Below are positions 35,835 through 44,487 of a stretch of DNA of 64,000 bases, piece after piece. The notes below the pieces were generated by a model. That model did no database searches. It had not been told where the DNA came from and worked only from the letters and a program-made list of their open reading frames with translations. Every line of letters starts with the position of its first letter. Position 1 is the stretch's first letter. The DNA lies in NCBI GenBank assembly GCA_963698595.1, contig CAVORL010000001.1, positions 49,466 to 113,465 of the forward strand, given 5' to 3'. A program made the position numbers and the translations under genes. This DNA comes from an uncultured Chloroflexia bacterium. Lineage in GTDB: Bacteria; Chloroflexota; Limnocylindria; Limnocylindrales; CSP1-4.

Positions 35835-36851
35835 GTGCCGGATGGACTGACCATCGGCGTCGCCGTCGTGGCGGCGCTCGCCATCCTTCTCATCGCCGTC
35901 GGCGTCGCTTCGTCCGGCGGGGGAACGGGCGTCAGCGCGCGCCTCGAGCGCTACGCCTCCGGGCGCCCGGAGGCGACGAAGTCGAACGCGTCGAGCGCGT
36001 CGCTGGGCGACCTGATCTCCCAGAGTGCCGCGATCGCGCAGCTGAACAAGGCCGTCGAGCAGCGCGACTTCGGGACGACGATCGCCCGCGACCTCGCGCG
36101 CGCGGACCTCAAGCTCAAGGTGAGCGAGTACCTCTTCATCTGGGGCGCCGCCATCGTCGGCATCCCGGCCTTCATGTTCGCCGCGGGCTTCGCGCTCCCG
36201 GGGCTGCAGAACCCGATCGCGCTCCTCGTCGGCGCGGTGATGGGATTCTTCTTGCCGCGCTGGTACGTGCGGCGCCGCCAGGGGAAGCGCCTCAACCAGT
36301 TCAACAAGCAGCTGCCCGACACGATCACCCTGATCGCGAACGCCTTGCGCGCGGGCTCCTCCTTCCTCCAGGCGATCGAGCTCGTGGTCCGCGAGGCGCG
36401 CCCGCCGATCTCCACGGAGTTCGGCCGGGTCATCCGCGAGGTCAACCTGGGATTGCCCTTCGAGCAGGCCCTGGAGAACCTGGTCCGCCGCGTGAAGTCG
36501 GAGGACCTGGAGCTCATGGTCACGGCCATCAACATCCAGTACCAGGTGGGCGGCAACCTGGCTGAGATCCTCGACTCCATCGCGTTCACGATCCGCGAGC
36601 GCGTTCGCATCAAGGGCGAGATCCGCACGCTGACCGCCCAGCAGCGAATGTCCGGCTACGTCGTCGCGTTCCTGCCGATTGCGCTCGCCGGGTTCCTGTT
36701 CATCATCGCACCCGGCTTCATGGAGCCCATGTTCGACCCGACGGTCGCGGTCCTCGGGATCCCTGCCGGGGTCATCCTCATCGCCACGGGCGGAATGATG
36801 ATGTTCATCGGCTTCATGTTCATCCGCCGCATCGTCGACATCGAGGTGTAG
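35835..36851 (+). CDS. tadB: Tad pilus platform protein TadB (T2SSF domain)
   Basis: GTG start 6 nt after GGGAGGG. LPDTITLIANALRAGSSFLQAIELV, with TM segments at both ends. Confidence 0.85.
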   Translation: MPDGLTIGVAVVAALAILLIAVGVASSGGGTGVSARLERYASGRPEATKSNASSASLGDLISQSAAIAQLNKAVEQRDFGTTIARDLARADLKLKVSEYLFIWGAAIVGIPAFMFAAGFALPGLQNPIALLVGAVMGFFLPRWYVRRRQGKRLNQFNKQLPDTITLIANALRAGSSFLQAIELVVREARPPISTEFGRVIREVNLGLPFEQALENLVRRVKSEDLELMVTAINIQYQVGGNLAEILDSIAFTIRERVRIKGEIRTLTAQQRMSGYVVAFLPIALAGFLFIIAPGFMEPMFDPTVAVLGIPAGVILIATGGMMMFIGFMFIRRIVDIEV

Positions 36852-36854
36852 GGC

Positions 36855-37802
36855 ATGGACACCCTGATGGTCCCCATCGTCGTTGCCGGTGCCGCCTCCC
36901 TGGCGATCCTGCTCATCACCCTCGGGCTGGCAGGCCGAACCTCGATCGACCCGGTCCAGGCCCGCCTCACCCAGCTGGGGACGATGCAGGCCAAGAACCT
37001 CGAGGAGCTGGAGCTCCAGCAGCCGTTCCTGGAGCGGACGCTGCGACCCCTTGCTTCCCGGCTCTCCGGGACGACGGCCCGCTTCACGTCGACGTCGTTC
37101 ACCGCCCGGACGGAGAAGAACCTGGCCCTCGCCGGGAATCCCGGCGAGATGCGCGTTGCCGACTGGCTGGGCATCAAGGCGATCTGCTCCATCGTCTTCG
37201 CGATCCTCTTCTTCCTCGTCTTCACGTTCCTCCTCAACACCGGGATCGTGATGGGAGTCGGTCTCGGCGCGCTCGGGGTCGTGGTCGGCTACATCTTTCC
37301 GGAGTTCTGGCTCGGCCGCCGGGTCAAGGCCCGCCAGAAGGCGATCCTCATGCAGATCCCGGACGCGCTCGACCTGCTCACGATCTCGGTCCGGGCCGGC
37401 CTCGGCTTCGATGCCGCCCTCGGCAAGGTCGTGGAGAAGATGCAGGGCCCGCTCGTCGACGAGTTCCGTCGTGCGCTGGCCGAGGTCCGCGTCGGCAAGG
37501 CGCGCCGCGACGCCCTGCGCGACATCATCCCCCGGACCGAGGTCCAGCCGCTCACGAACTTCATCGGCGCCATCATCCAGGCCGAGCAGCTCGGCGTGGC
37601 GATCAGCAAGGTCCTCCAGGTCCAGTCGGAGCAGCTCCGCATCGAGCGGCGCCAGCGGGCCGAGGAGATGGCGGCGAAGGCGCCGATCAAGATGCTCTTC
37701 CCGCTCGTCGGGTGCATCTTCCCCTCGCTCTTCATCGTCATCCTGGGCCCGGCGATCATCCTCATCATCAAGACGCTCGTCATCGAGAACCCGGTCGGAT
37801 AG
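36855..37802 (+). CDS. tadC: Tad pilus platform protein TadC (T2SSF domain)
   Basis: IPDALDLLTISVRAGLGFDAALGKVVEKM. Starts 3 nt after the tadB stop. Confidence 0.85.
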   Translation: MDTLMVPIVVAGAASLAILLITLGLAGRTSIDPVQARLTQLGTMQAKNLEELELQQPFLERTLRPLASRLSGTTARFTSTSFTARTEKNLALAGNPGEMRVADWLGIKAICSIVFAILFFLVFTFLLNTGIVMGVGLGALGVVVGYIFPEFWLGRRVKARQKAILMQIPDALDLLTISVRAGLGFDAALGKVVEKMQGPLVDEFRRALAEVRVGKARRDALRDIIPRTEVQPLTNFIGAIIQAEQLGVAISKVLQVQSEQLRIERRQRAEEMAAKAPIKMLFPLVGCIFPSLFIVILGPAIILIIKTLVIENPVG

Positions 37803-37836
37803 CCGGTCCCTGGCGTCCAGCCGGCCCGTGACGGCG

Positions 37837-38253
37837 GTGACAGCCCTCCGCGCGCGCAACCGATCGCGCGAGTCCGTTCTTGGCACGTCGCTGGAGGCCG
37901 CCCTCTCCTACGGCGGGCGCTTCATGGGCCTCATGGGCCGGCCACCGCTGCCGGAGGGCGGCGGGATGTGGCTGCGGCCGGCATCGAGCATCCACATGCT
38001 CTTCATGCGCTTCCCGATCGACGTCGTGTTCCTTGGAAAGCGGCAGGCAGACGGCGGTCGGCCCGTGGTCTCGCTGAGGCCCCGCCTCCGTCCCTGGACG
38101 GGCGTGGTCTGGTGGGCCCGGGGAGCCGACGGCTGCCTCGAGCTGCCCGCGGGAACGATCGCGGCGTCCGGGACCGTCGTGGGTGACGTCGTGGTGCTCG
38201 AGGACGCGGCGGGAGCCGCCGCCGACGACGCGCCGGAGCCCCGTCCCGCGTAA
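37837..38253 (+). CDS. DUF192 domain protein
   Basis: RFMGLMGRPPLPEGGGMWLRPASSIHMLFMRFPIDVVFL matches the DUF192/COG1430 pattern. GTG 37837 is in frame with track ORF 37411..38253 and lies 34 nt after tadC. Confidence 0.65.
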   Translation: MTALRARNRSRESVLGTSLEAALSYGGRFMGLMGRPPLPEGGGMWLRPASSIHMLFMRFPIDVVFLGKRQADGGRPVVSLRPRLRPWTGVVWWARGADGCLELPAGTIAASGTVVGDVVVLEDAAGAAADDAPEPRPA

Positions 38254-38287
38254 GTGCCGGCGAAGCGGCTGCCACCATGCTGCAGGC

Positions 38288-38983
38288 ATGGAGGCGCCGA
38301 TCACCCCCCGCGACGTGGTCGGCCGCACAGCCGGGCGCCTTCTCGACCTCGCGTTCCCGGCCGTCTGCGTGGGCTGCGGCGCCGAGGGCGACGCGCTGTG
38401 CGTGACCTGCGCCCGGGCGCTCACGGCGCGGCACGGACTGCCGGCCGGCGCACCCCTCGGGATGCCCTCGGACGTGCCGCTCCCGCTGATCCAGCTGGAG
38501 TGGTGCGCCCTGTACCGCGGCGTCGTGCGGGACGCGCTCCACGCCCTGAAGTACGGCGGGGAGCGCCGGTTGGCCGTGCCCCTCGGCGCGGCAGCGGCAG
38601 AGCGCTGGACGCACGCTGCGATCGGCGGCGACGTGCTGGTCCACGTGCCGGTTCACGCCGCGCGAAGGGCCGTGCGGGGCTACGACCAGGCGGAGCTGAT
38701 CGGGCGCGCGGCGGCCGAGCGCCTGGGGCTGCGTGCACTCCCGGCCCTCGGGCGCATGCGGGCGACCGTCCCGCAGTTCGAGCTCGGCCGGGAACAGCGC
38801 CTGGAGAACGTGGCGGGCGCGTTCGCAGTCGAGGCACGCCACGCCTCCGCAGTCGCCGGTCGGTGGGTCGTCCTCGTCGACGACGTTTCGACAACAGGCT
38901 CGACGCTCGTCGCGTGCGCCCGGGCGCTCCTGGGCGCCGGAGCGGTGGCCGTCTCCGCGCTGACCGTGGCCCGCGAGGCGTGA
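38288..38983 (+). CDS. comF: ComF family protein (phosphoribosyltransferase domain)
   Basis: N-terminal Cys pairs (CVGCGAEGDALCVTC), LKYGGERRLAVPLG and the PRTase motif VVLVDDVSTTGSTL. Confidence 0.85.
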   Translation: MEAPITPRDVVGRTAGRLLDLAFPAVCVGCGAEGDALCVTCARALTARHGLPAGAPLGMPSDVPLPLIQLEWCALYRGVVRDALHALKYGGERRLAVPLGAAAAERWTHAAIGGDVLVHVPVHAARRAVRGYDQAELIGRAAAERLGLRALPALGRMRATVPQFELGREQRLENVAGAFAVEARHASAVAGRWVVLVDDVSTTGSTLVACARALLGAGAVAVSALTVAREA

Positions 38984-39053
38984 CCGGCCCATCGGGCGGG
39001 ACGGCCCCCGGAGATCGGGTCGCTCGCCGGTCGATCAGGCGCGGGTGGGACCC

Positions 39054-39059
39054 TATACT
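39054..39059 (+). promoter_or_regulatory. -10 box TATACT upstream of hpf
   Basis: Reads ccTATACTcgccagat, ~70 nt upstream of GTG 39132. The same hexamer is seen at 27273 and at the atp promoter candidate. Confidence 0.35.
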
Positions 39060-39131
39060 CGCCAGATCGAGCCGCCGCCGACCGCCGCGTCCCGCGGTTC
39101 GGTCCGGCCGAGCACACCGTGGAGGTATGCC

Positions 39132-39728
39132 GTGAGGACGATCGTCAAGGGCAAGAACATGGATGTCCCCGACGCCGTGCGGCGGTACGCCGAACGGAAG
39201 ATGGGACGCCTGGAGCGGTTCCTCGACGACCGGACCGACGCCATCATCGAGCTCTCCGTCGAGCGCCACCGGAGCGCCGACGACTCGCGGATCGCGGAGA
39301 TCACCCTCGTCATCGACGGCCAGGCGCTGCGGAGCCGCGCCGACGCCTCCACGTACGAGGCGGCGATCGACGTCGTCGTCGACAAGGTGGAGCGGCGCGC
39401 GGTGGACCACCGCGAGAAGCCTCGCGTCCGCTCCCGCGGGCCGCAGGAGAAGGAGATCCTGTCTCGTATCGCCGACGGGACGGCGGACGAAGACCGCGAG
39501 CGGCGGGTCGTCAAGACGAAGCGCTTTTCGATCAAACCGATGTTCGAGGAGGATGCGATCGCCGAGATGGAGTCTCTCGGCCACGCGTTCTTCGTCTTCG
39601 TCAACGCCGACGGGGAGCGCGTCAACGTCCTCTACCGGCGCCACGACGGCGACTACGGGCTCATCGAGCCGGTGGTCGCCGGGGGCTACACCTCCGGGCG
39701 CGATGCGGGGATGGGCTCCGGTCGCTGA
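39132..39728 (+). CDS. hpf: Ribosome hibernation promoting factor, long form
   Basis: GGAGG lies 6 nt upstream of the GTG. VRTIVKGKNMDVPDAVRRYAERKMGRLERFLDD and the C-terminal dimerisation region FEEDAIAEMESLGHAFFVFVNADGERVNVLYRRHDGDYGLIEP. Confidence 0.9.
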   Translation: MRTIVKGKNMDVPDAVRRYAERKMGRLERFLDDRTDAIIELSVERHRSADDSRIAEITLVIDGQALRSRADASTYEAAIDVVVDKVERRAVDHREKPRVRSRGPQEKEILSRIADGTADEDRERRVVKTKRFSIKPMFEEDAIAEMESLGHAFFVFVNADGERVNVLYRRHDGDYGLIEPVVAGGYTSGRDAGMGSGR

Positions 39729-39790
39729 CGGGCCCGGTTGCTGACGGCCCCTCCGGGGAGGCCGGGCACTGCGGAGGCCTCCCGGGACGG

Positions 39791-39796
39791 TACGAT
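39791..39796 (+). promoter_or_regulatory. -10-like box TACGAT, 8 nt upstream of ATG 39805
   Basis: Reads ggTACGATgccgctcgATG. Confidence 0.4.
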
Positions 39797-39804
39797 GCCG
39801 CTCG

Positions 39805-40824
39805 ATGCCGTCGCCACCTCGGTCCTCCCCTCCGGCGCCGCCCGCCGATGCCGCCCCGGTCGAACGCCCGGCGCTCCCGGACGGGCGTCCGCTCGGCGCC
39901 CACCTGCCCCTTGCCGACGGCATGGTCCGTGCCGTGGAGCGCGCCCACGCGATCGGGGCTGACTCGATCCAGGTCTTCGCCGACAACCCGACGGCCTGGA
40001 AGCGACGCGCCGAGCCGCCGGCCGAACTGGCGGCGTTCCGGTCCCGCTTGGGGGAGCTGGGGATCGGACCGATCGCGATCCATGCTCCATACCTCGTCAA
40101 CCTCGCAGGTCCCGACGACGAGCAGCACGAGCGGTCCGTGGCGCTCCTCGTGAACGAGATGGAGACGGCTCCAGGCTTCGGCGCCCGCTTCGTGAACGTC
40201 CACGTGGGGAGCCACAAGGGGTCCGGCGTGGAGGCCGGGATCAGCCGCCTGGCCGACGGCGTGGCTCGCGTCCTCCAGGAGACGGAGGGCGGCCCCGCAG
40301 CTCCCCTCCTCGTCCTGGAGAACTCGGCCGGCAGCGGAGACGCCCTGGGGACGACGGTCGAGGAGCTTCAGCGCATCCTCGAGGCGACCGCCGCGAGAGG
40401 CGTGCCCGCGCAGCGCCTCGCTCTCTGCCTCGACACCGCCCACCTGTGGGGAGCCGGCCTTGACGTCGGTTCGCCCGAGGGCGTCGATGCGCTGCTCGAC
40501 GACGTCGCCAGCCGGATCGGGCTGGGGCGGCTGGTGATGGTCCACCTCAACGATTCGAGGGTTGCTCGCGGTTCCCGCCTGGACCGCCATGAGCACCTCG
40601 GCGCCGGCGAGATGGGCGACGGGGCCGGCTTCGCGCGGCTGCTGACCCACCCTGGCCTGGCCCACGTCGCCTACTACCTGGAGACCCCGGGCATGGACAA
40701 GGGCTACGACGCGGTGAACATGGCACGGGCCCGCGATCTCGCTCGCGGCGTCCCGCTCCTTCCGCTGCCGGCGGAAGCGTTCGCGCTCCGCGGGGCTCGG
40801 GCACGCACCCCGGCGCCGGCGTGA
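39805..40824 (+). CDS. nfo: Deoxyribonuclease IV (endonuclease IV, AP endonuclease family 2)
   Basis: GAHLPLADGMVRAVERAHAIGADSIQVFADNP, VNVHVGSH, VHLNDSRVARGSRLDRHEHLGAGEMG. Confidence 0.9.
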   Translation: MPSPPRSSPPAPPADAAPVERPALPDGRPLGAHLPLADGMVRAVERAHAIGADSIQVFADNPTAWKRRAEPPAELAAFRSRLGELGIGPIAIHAPYLVNLAGPDDEQHERSVALLVNEMETAPGFGARFVNVHVGSHKGSGVEAGISRLADGVARVLQETEGGPAAPLLVLENSAGSGDALGTTVEELQRILEATAARGVPAQRLALCLDTAHLWGAGLDVGSPEGVDALLDDVASRIGLGRLVMVHLNDSRVARGSRLDRHEHLGAGEMGDGAGFARLLTHPGLAHVAYYLETPGMDKGYDAVNMARARDLARGVPLLPLPAEAFALRGARARTPAPA

Positions 40825-42425
40825 CCGAACTGGACGTCGCCGCGATGCGCGGGACGCCAGGCAGCAGGCTGCGCGGCGCGCCCGGCGGCCTCCTCCTGGA
40901 TGTCGTGGCTCTCCTCGGGCTGCTCGTCCTGGCTGCCGCGCTGCGCCTCCCGGACCTGGCGACGCGGGGGACCTTCGACGGCGACCAGGGACTGGACGCG
41001 CTCGTGGTGCGGTCGTTCGTTCGGGATGGGATCGTGCCCCTCCTGGGGCCACACACGTCTGTCGGGGCGTTCCACCACGGCGCCGCCTACTACTACCTGC
41101 TCGCGCCTGCGGGGTTGGCCTCCGGGGGCGATGATCCGGTCGCGCTGGTTGCGCTCATCGCGGCCCTCGGCATTGCCGCTGTGGGCGTGACGTGGTGGCT
41201 TGCGCGGTCCATCGCCGGCGCGGGAGCGGGACTCGTGGCCGGCCTTCTTCTCGCGGTCTCGGCGACGGCGGTCGAAGGGTCGACGTTCATCTGGAACCCG
41301 AACCCCATCCCGTTCTTCGCAGCCCTGTCACTGGCGGCGGCATGGCGCGCGTCGACGGGCGGAGGGCGCGGCTGGTGGCTCGTTGCGGGTGCGTCACAGG
41401 CCATGGTGGGCCAGCTCCACGTGCTGGGCATCCTGGGTCTCGTGCCCCTGGTCAGCCTATGGCTGCATGCCCTCTGGCGCTCGCCCGGCGACCGCCAGCG
41501 CCTGCTCGCCCCGGGCCTGGGGGCGCTCGCGCTCATCGCGGTGGGCTACCTTCCCCTCCTCGTCTACGACCTGGGACACGACTTCTCCGAGACCCGCGGG
41601 GCAGTCGCGTGGATCACGGGCGCAGGTGGATCAGGGTCGGGTGGACCGGGCATCCTCTCCCGGATCCTGTTCGTGCCCCTCCGCGTGATCTCCTGGCCCT
41701 TGGCAGGGCCGATCCTGGCGGCGACCGGGGCCGCCGTCGTGGCGGTCGCTGCCTGGGCAGCGTGCGTGGTGCTGGCGGCGATCCGCGCTCGTGCGGCAGA
41801 ACGGCTGGCACTCGTCTGGCTGGGCGGCTCCGCGGCCGTCGGCGCCATGCTGCTGGCCGTCCTCGTGGATTCGCTCGGGGTCGTAACGCCGCTCCCCGCC
41901 GACCACTACCACGCCTACCTGTGGCCTGCCATCGCGGCGGCCGGTGGCATCGCCCTGGCGGTCATGTGGCGCGCTCCCTCGAGTTCGATGCCGAGAGCCG
42001 TCATCGCGGGCAGGACGATCCTCTTCTCCGCGCTGGCCGTCGCCGTGGGCTGGAACCTCGCCACCCAGCCCCCGCGGGTGGCCAACGATGGGGGCTGGCC
42101 ATCTGGCCGCGAAGCGGCTCGCCGCCTCGTCACCGCGACCCGTGGCGAGCCTGCCGTGCTGGTCGGCGTGCCCAGCTACAAGGGAACGGCCGCCGTGGGC
42201 TATCCATTGACCGTCCTGGGCGTTCCTCCGGTGAGCGCCGAGGCAGCCGACGCCGCCATCGTCCTCTGCGACGGGATGTTCGAGGAGGTTGTCGGGGTCG
42301 CGTGCCGTGGTCCCGCCGAGTCGGCCCGACTCGCGGAGGTCGGGATCCCCGAAGGCCCTCTCGTGCTGCGCTTCGAGGCCGCGCCCGGTCGCTGGATCTC
42401 GGTCTACGAGGTCGCCGGCCGCTGA
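40821..42425 (+). CDS. GT39/PMT_2-like GT-C membrane glycosyltransferase
   Basis: The GTG overlaps the nfo stop (GTGA). LRLPDLATRGTFDGDQGLDALVVRSFVRDG, a polytopic body and a C-terminal soluble domain. Confidence 0.65.
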   Translation: MTELDVAAMRGTPGSRLRGAPGGLLLDVVALLGLLVLAAALRLPDLATRGTFDGDQGLDALVVRSFVRDGIVPLLGPHTSVGAFHHGAAYYYLLAPAGLASGGDDPVALVALIAALGIAAVGVTWWLARSIAGAGAGLVAGLLLAVSATAVEGSTFIWNPNPIPFFAALSLAAAWRASTGGGRGWWLVAGASQAMVGQLHVLGILGLVPLVSLWLHALWRSPGDRQRLLAPGLGALALIAVGYLPLLVYDLGHDFSETRGAVAWITGAGGSGSGGPGILSRILFVPLRVISWPLAGPILAATGAAVVAVAAWAACVVLAAIRARAAERLALVWLGGSAAVGAMLLAVLVDSLGVVTPLPADHYHAYLWPAIAAAGGIALAVMWRAPSSSMPRAVIAGRTILFSALAVAVGWNLATQPPRVANDGGWPSGREAARRLVTATRGEPAVLVGVPSYKGTAAVGYPLTVLGVPPVSAEAADAAIVLCDGMFEEVVGVACRGPAESARLAEVGIPEGPLVLRFEAAPGRWISVYEVAGR

Positions 42426-42583
42426 GCGCGCGGGACGCCGGCACCGCGTGGCGCTTGCGCGGAGGCCACGGCCGTGCTGGCACCGCGTCGCGGCGGCGCC
42501 GCGCGGGTCCGGTCGCCGGAGGCTCCGGCCGCGGACCCCTGCCCGAGCGCCGACGGGACGCCGTCGCAGGACCCCGGGGAACG

Positions 42584-42619
42584 AACGAACGCCGGCGCCC
42601 CAGTACGCCGGCGTTCGTT
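42584..42619. terminator. Perfect 14-bp hairpin between convergent genes (candidate bidirectional terminator)
   Basis: aacgaacgccggcg - 8-nt loop - cgccggcgttcgtt. Confidence 0.55.
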
Positions 42620-42665
42620 GTCCCGAGTCCCGGGAGAGGAGGGTGCTCCCGGGGAGGTGTTCAGT

Positions 42666-43205
42666 TCAGGGCCTTCCGGGCGGTCGCCTCCCGAGCATGG
42701 ACGGGGGTCGAACGGTGCTGATCCGTCGGTCCGTGGGCAGACCGACGACCGACGCCAGCGGCGTCGAGGCCGACCGCGCCACGAGCCGATCGGGCAGTCC
42801 CGGCCGTGGGGCCGGTGCCGGAACGGGTCGGGAGAACCGGCGCATCCGGACAGCGAGGTAGTACTCCATGATCTGGCGGACTTGCGGCTCGCCCAGGGCA
42901 TCGTCCGCGCGGAGCGCGTACTCGACGCGGGCCGTCGGGTTGACCGTGGCGCCGCTCGAGACGAGGCCGAGGTACTGAGGGGCGTCCGCATCGTCGCGGA
43001 GCTCGCGCAATCCGCGGGCGAGCTTGGTCGCGGTCCCCAGGGACGGGGTCCGGTCGCCGCGAACGAGGCGCGAGATGGTCGAGTGGTCGACGCCCGATGC
43101 CTGCGCCAGCTGGCGTTGCGACATCCTCTTGGCCTTGAGCTGTGCGCGCAGCCACTCGTTGAAGGGGCGGCCGTTCTGCTCGGTCATTCGCGGTGGGTGC
43201 TCCAT
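42666..43205 (-). CDS. XRE-family helix-turn-helix transcriptional regulator
   Basis: MSQRQLAQASGVDHSTISRLVRGDRTPSLGTATKLARGL. The start is uncertain: ATG 43205, ATG 43184 or the track start at 43286. Confidence 0.75.
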   Translation of the reverse strand: MEHPPRMTEQNGRPFNEWLRAQLKAKRMSQRQLAQASGVDHSTISRLVRGDRTPSLGTATKLARGLRELRDDADAPQYLGLVSSGATVNPTARVEYALRADDALGEPQVRQIMEYYLAVRMRRFSRPVPAPAPRPGLPDRLVARSASTPLASVVGLPTDRRISTVRPPSMLGRRPPGRP

Positions 43206-43260
43206 GGGTCCGCGGTACGTCCGCGCGAGGCCCACTATCGAGAGTGGCGCATGCGGGAAC

Positions 43261-43287
43261 CATGACCCGTTGGTACCCCGGGTCATG
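43261..43287. promoter_or_regulatory. Inverted repeat upstream of the XRE regulator gene (possible operator)
   Basis: catgacccg - 9 nt - cgggtcatg, ~56 nt upstream of ATG 43205. Confidence 0.25.
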
Positions 43288-43335
43288 CTCTTCCGGAGGG
43301 CGGAGTACCGGATGCCGCGAAGGGGCGCGCGACCC

Positions 43336-44487
43336 TCAGGTTGGGGCGACGACGGCCTGGCGCGCCGCCGGGATGCGGCCCTCGCCGCGGGGCTTCGGCG
43401 AGAGGGCGTAGGCGATCGACCCGAGCACGATGATCGAGAAGACGCTGATCACCCGGTCGAGCAGGGCGATGGCGGTCGCCTCAGCGAGGGGGACACCATA
43501 GACGAGGGTGAGAACGCCGACGATCCCGGCCTCCACGATCCCCAGCCCTGCCGGACTGAGGGGCACTGCGGTGAGCAGCGAGCCGATGAGCGCCACGAAG
43601 ACGGCGCCCGAGAGGCCGAGGGAGACTTCCGGGAACCCCAGCGCCTGGACGACGAGCCAGAGGCGGGCTGACTCGGTGCCCCACACGAGTCCCGTGATGA
43701 CGAGCAGGCGCGGCAGCGCTCTCCAGCCGATCGCGCCGAACACGCCCTGCTCGAAGCGGTCGTACAGCTCCAGCACCTTCCCCTTCCGTGGCAGCGGCAG
43801 CGCCGCCAGCACACGGTGCCCGGCATTGCGCAGGAAGAGGAGCCCGATGGCAAGCAGGACCATGACGCCCACGCCGATCCCCACGACCACCTGGATCTCC
43901 GGCGGAAGACCGCCCCGGAAGCTCCAGAAGCCAGCCGCGAGTCCGAGGATCACGATCGCGAAGAGGTCGAGCACGCGCTCGATGAAGACGGTGCCGAAGG
44001 TGCGCGAGAGGGAGGCGTCGCTATTGAGCTTGAGGAGGTAGGCGCGGTACACGTCGCCGAGCTTGGCGGGCACGATGCAGTTGACGAGCCACGACAGGAA
44101 GATGATCTCCGTGGCGTCCTTCGTCGGGCAGTGGAAGCCGGTGCCCCGGAGGAGCAGGGCCCAGCGGAAGCCGCGCAGCGGGAAGCCGAGGTAGAAGATC
44201 CCGAACGCGGCGAGGACGAGGAGCGGGCTGGCCTTCAGGATCAGCTCGGGCACCCGCTGAAGCTGCTGCCAGTTGAGCCCCACGAACACCACGATGACGG
44301 CGAGCGGGACGAGGATCGAGACGATCGTCCGGGGCTGGCGCAGGCGACTGCCCAGCGAGACCTGCTCCGCGGTGACCTCGCGCTCTGGCTCCCGGCCGTT
44401 CTCTGCGAGCACCGCGTCCGACGGCGTGCCCGTGGCCGGGGGCGTGACGCTGGACTCGATCGGCGAGCTGTCCGACTTCTCCCTCAC
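43336..44487 (-). CDS. UPF0104/LPG-synthase-TM (flippase-like) family membrane protein
   Basis: LVLAAFGIFYLGFPLRGFRWALLLRGTG and ~8 TM segments. GTG 44487 overlaps the TGA of the PHP gene (GTGA). The longer track ORF runs through the PHP gene in another frame. Confidence 0.7.
   Translation of the reverse strand: MREKSDSSPIESSVTPPATGTPSDAVLAENGREPEREVTAEQVSLGSRLRQPRTIVSILVPLAVIVVFVGLNWQQLQRVPELILKASPLLVLAAFGIFYLGFPLRGFRWALLLRGTGFHCPTKDATEIIFLSWLVNCIVPAKLGDVYRAYLLKLNSDASLSRTFGTVFIERVLDLFAIVILGLAAGFWSFRGGLPPEIQVVVGIGVGVMVLLAIGLLFLRNAGHRVLAALPLPRKGKVLELYDRFEQGVFGAIGWRALPRLLVITGLVWGTESARLWLVVQALGFPEVSLGLSGAVFVALIGSLLTAVPLSPAGLGIVEAGIVGVLTLVYGVPLAEATAIALLDRVISVFSIIVLGSIAYALSPKPRGEGRIPAARQAVVAPT

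Noticed and set aside
27288-38253. Secretin, TadD, TadE/F/G or TadV genes hidden in small or alternative-frame ORFs of the Tad locus.
   Set aside because: Every gap in the locus is short and is explained by flp genes, terminators or promoters. No ORF shows a secretin C-domain, a TPR lipoprotein or the paired-Asp polytopic pattern of A24 peptidases. Their absence from the genome cannot be concluded from this window.
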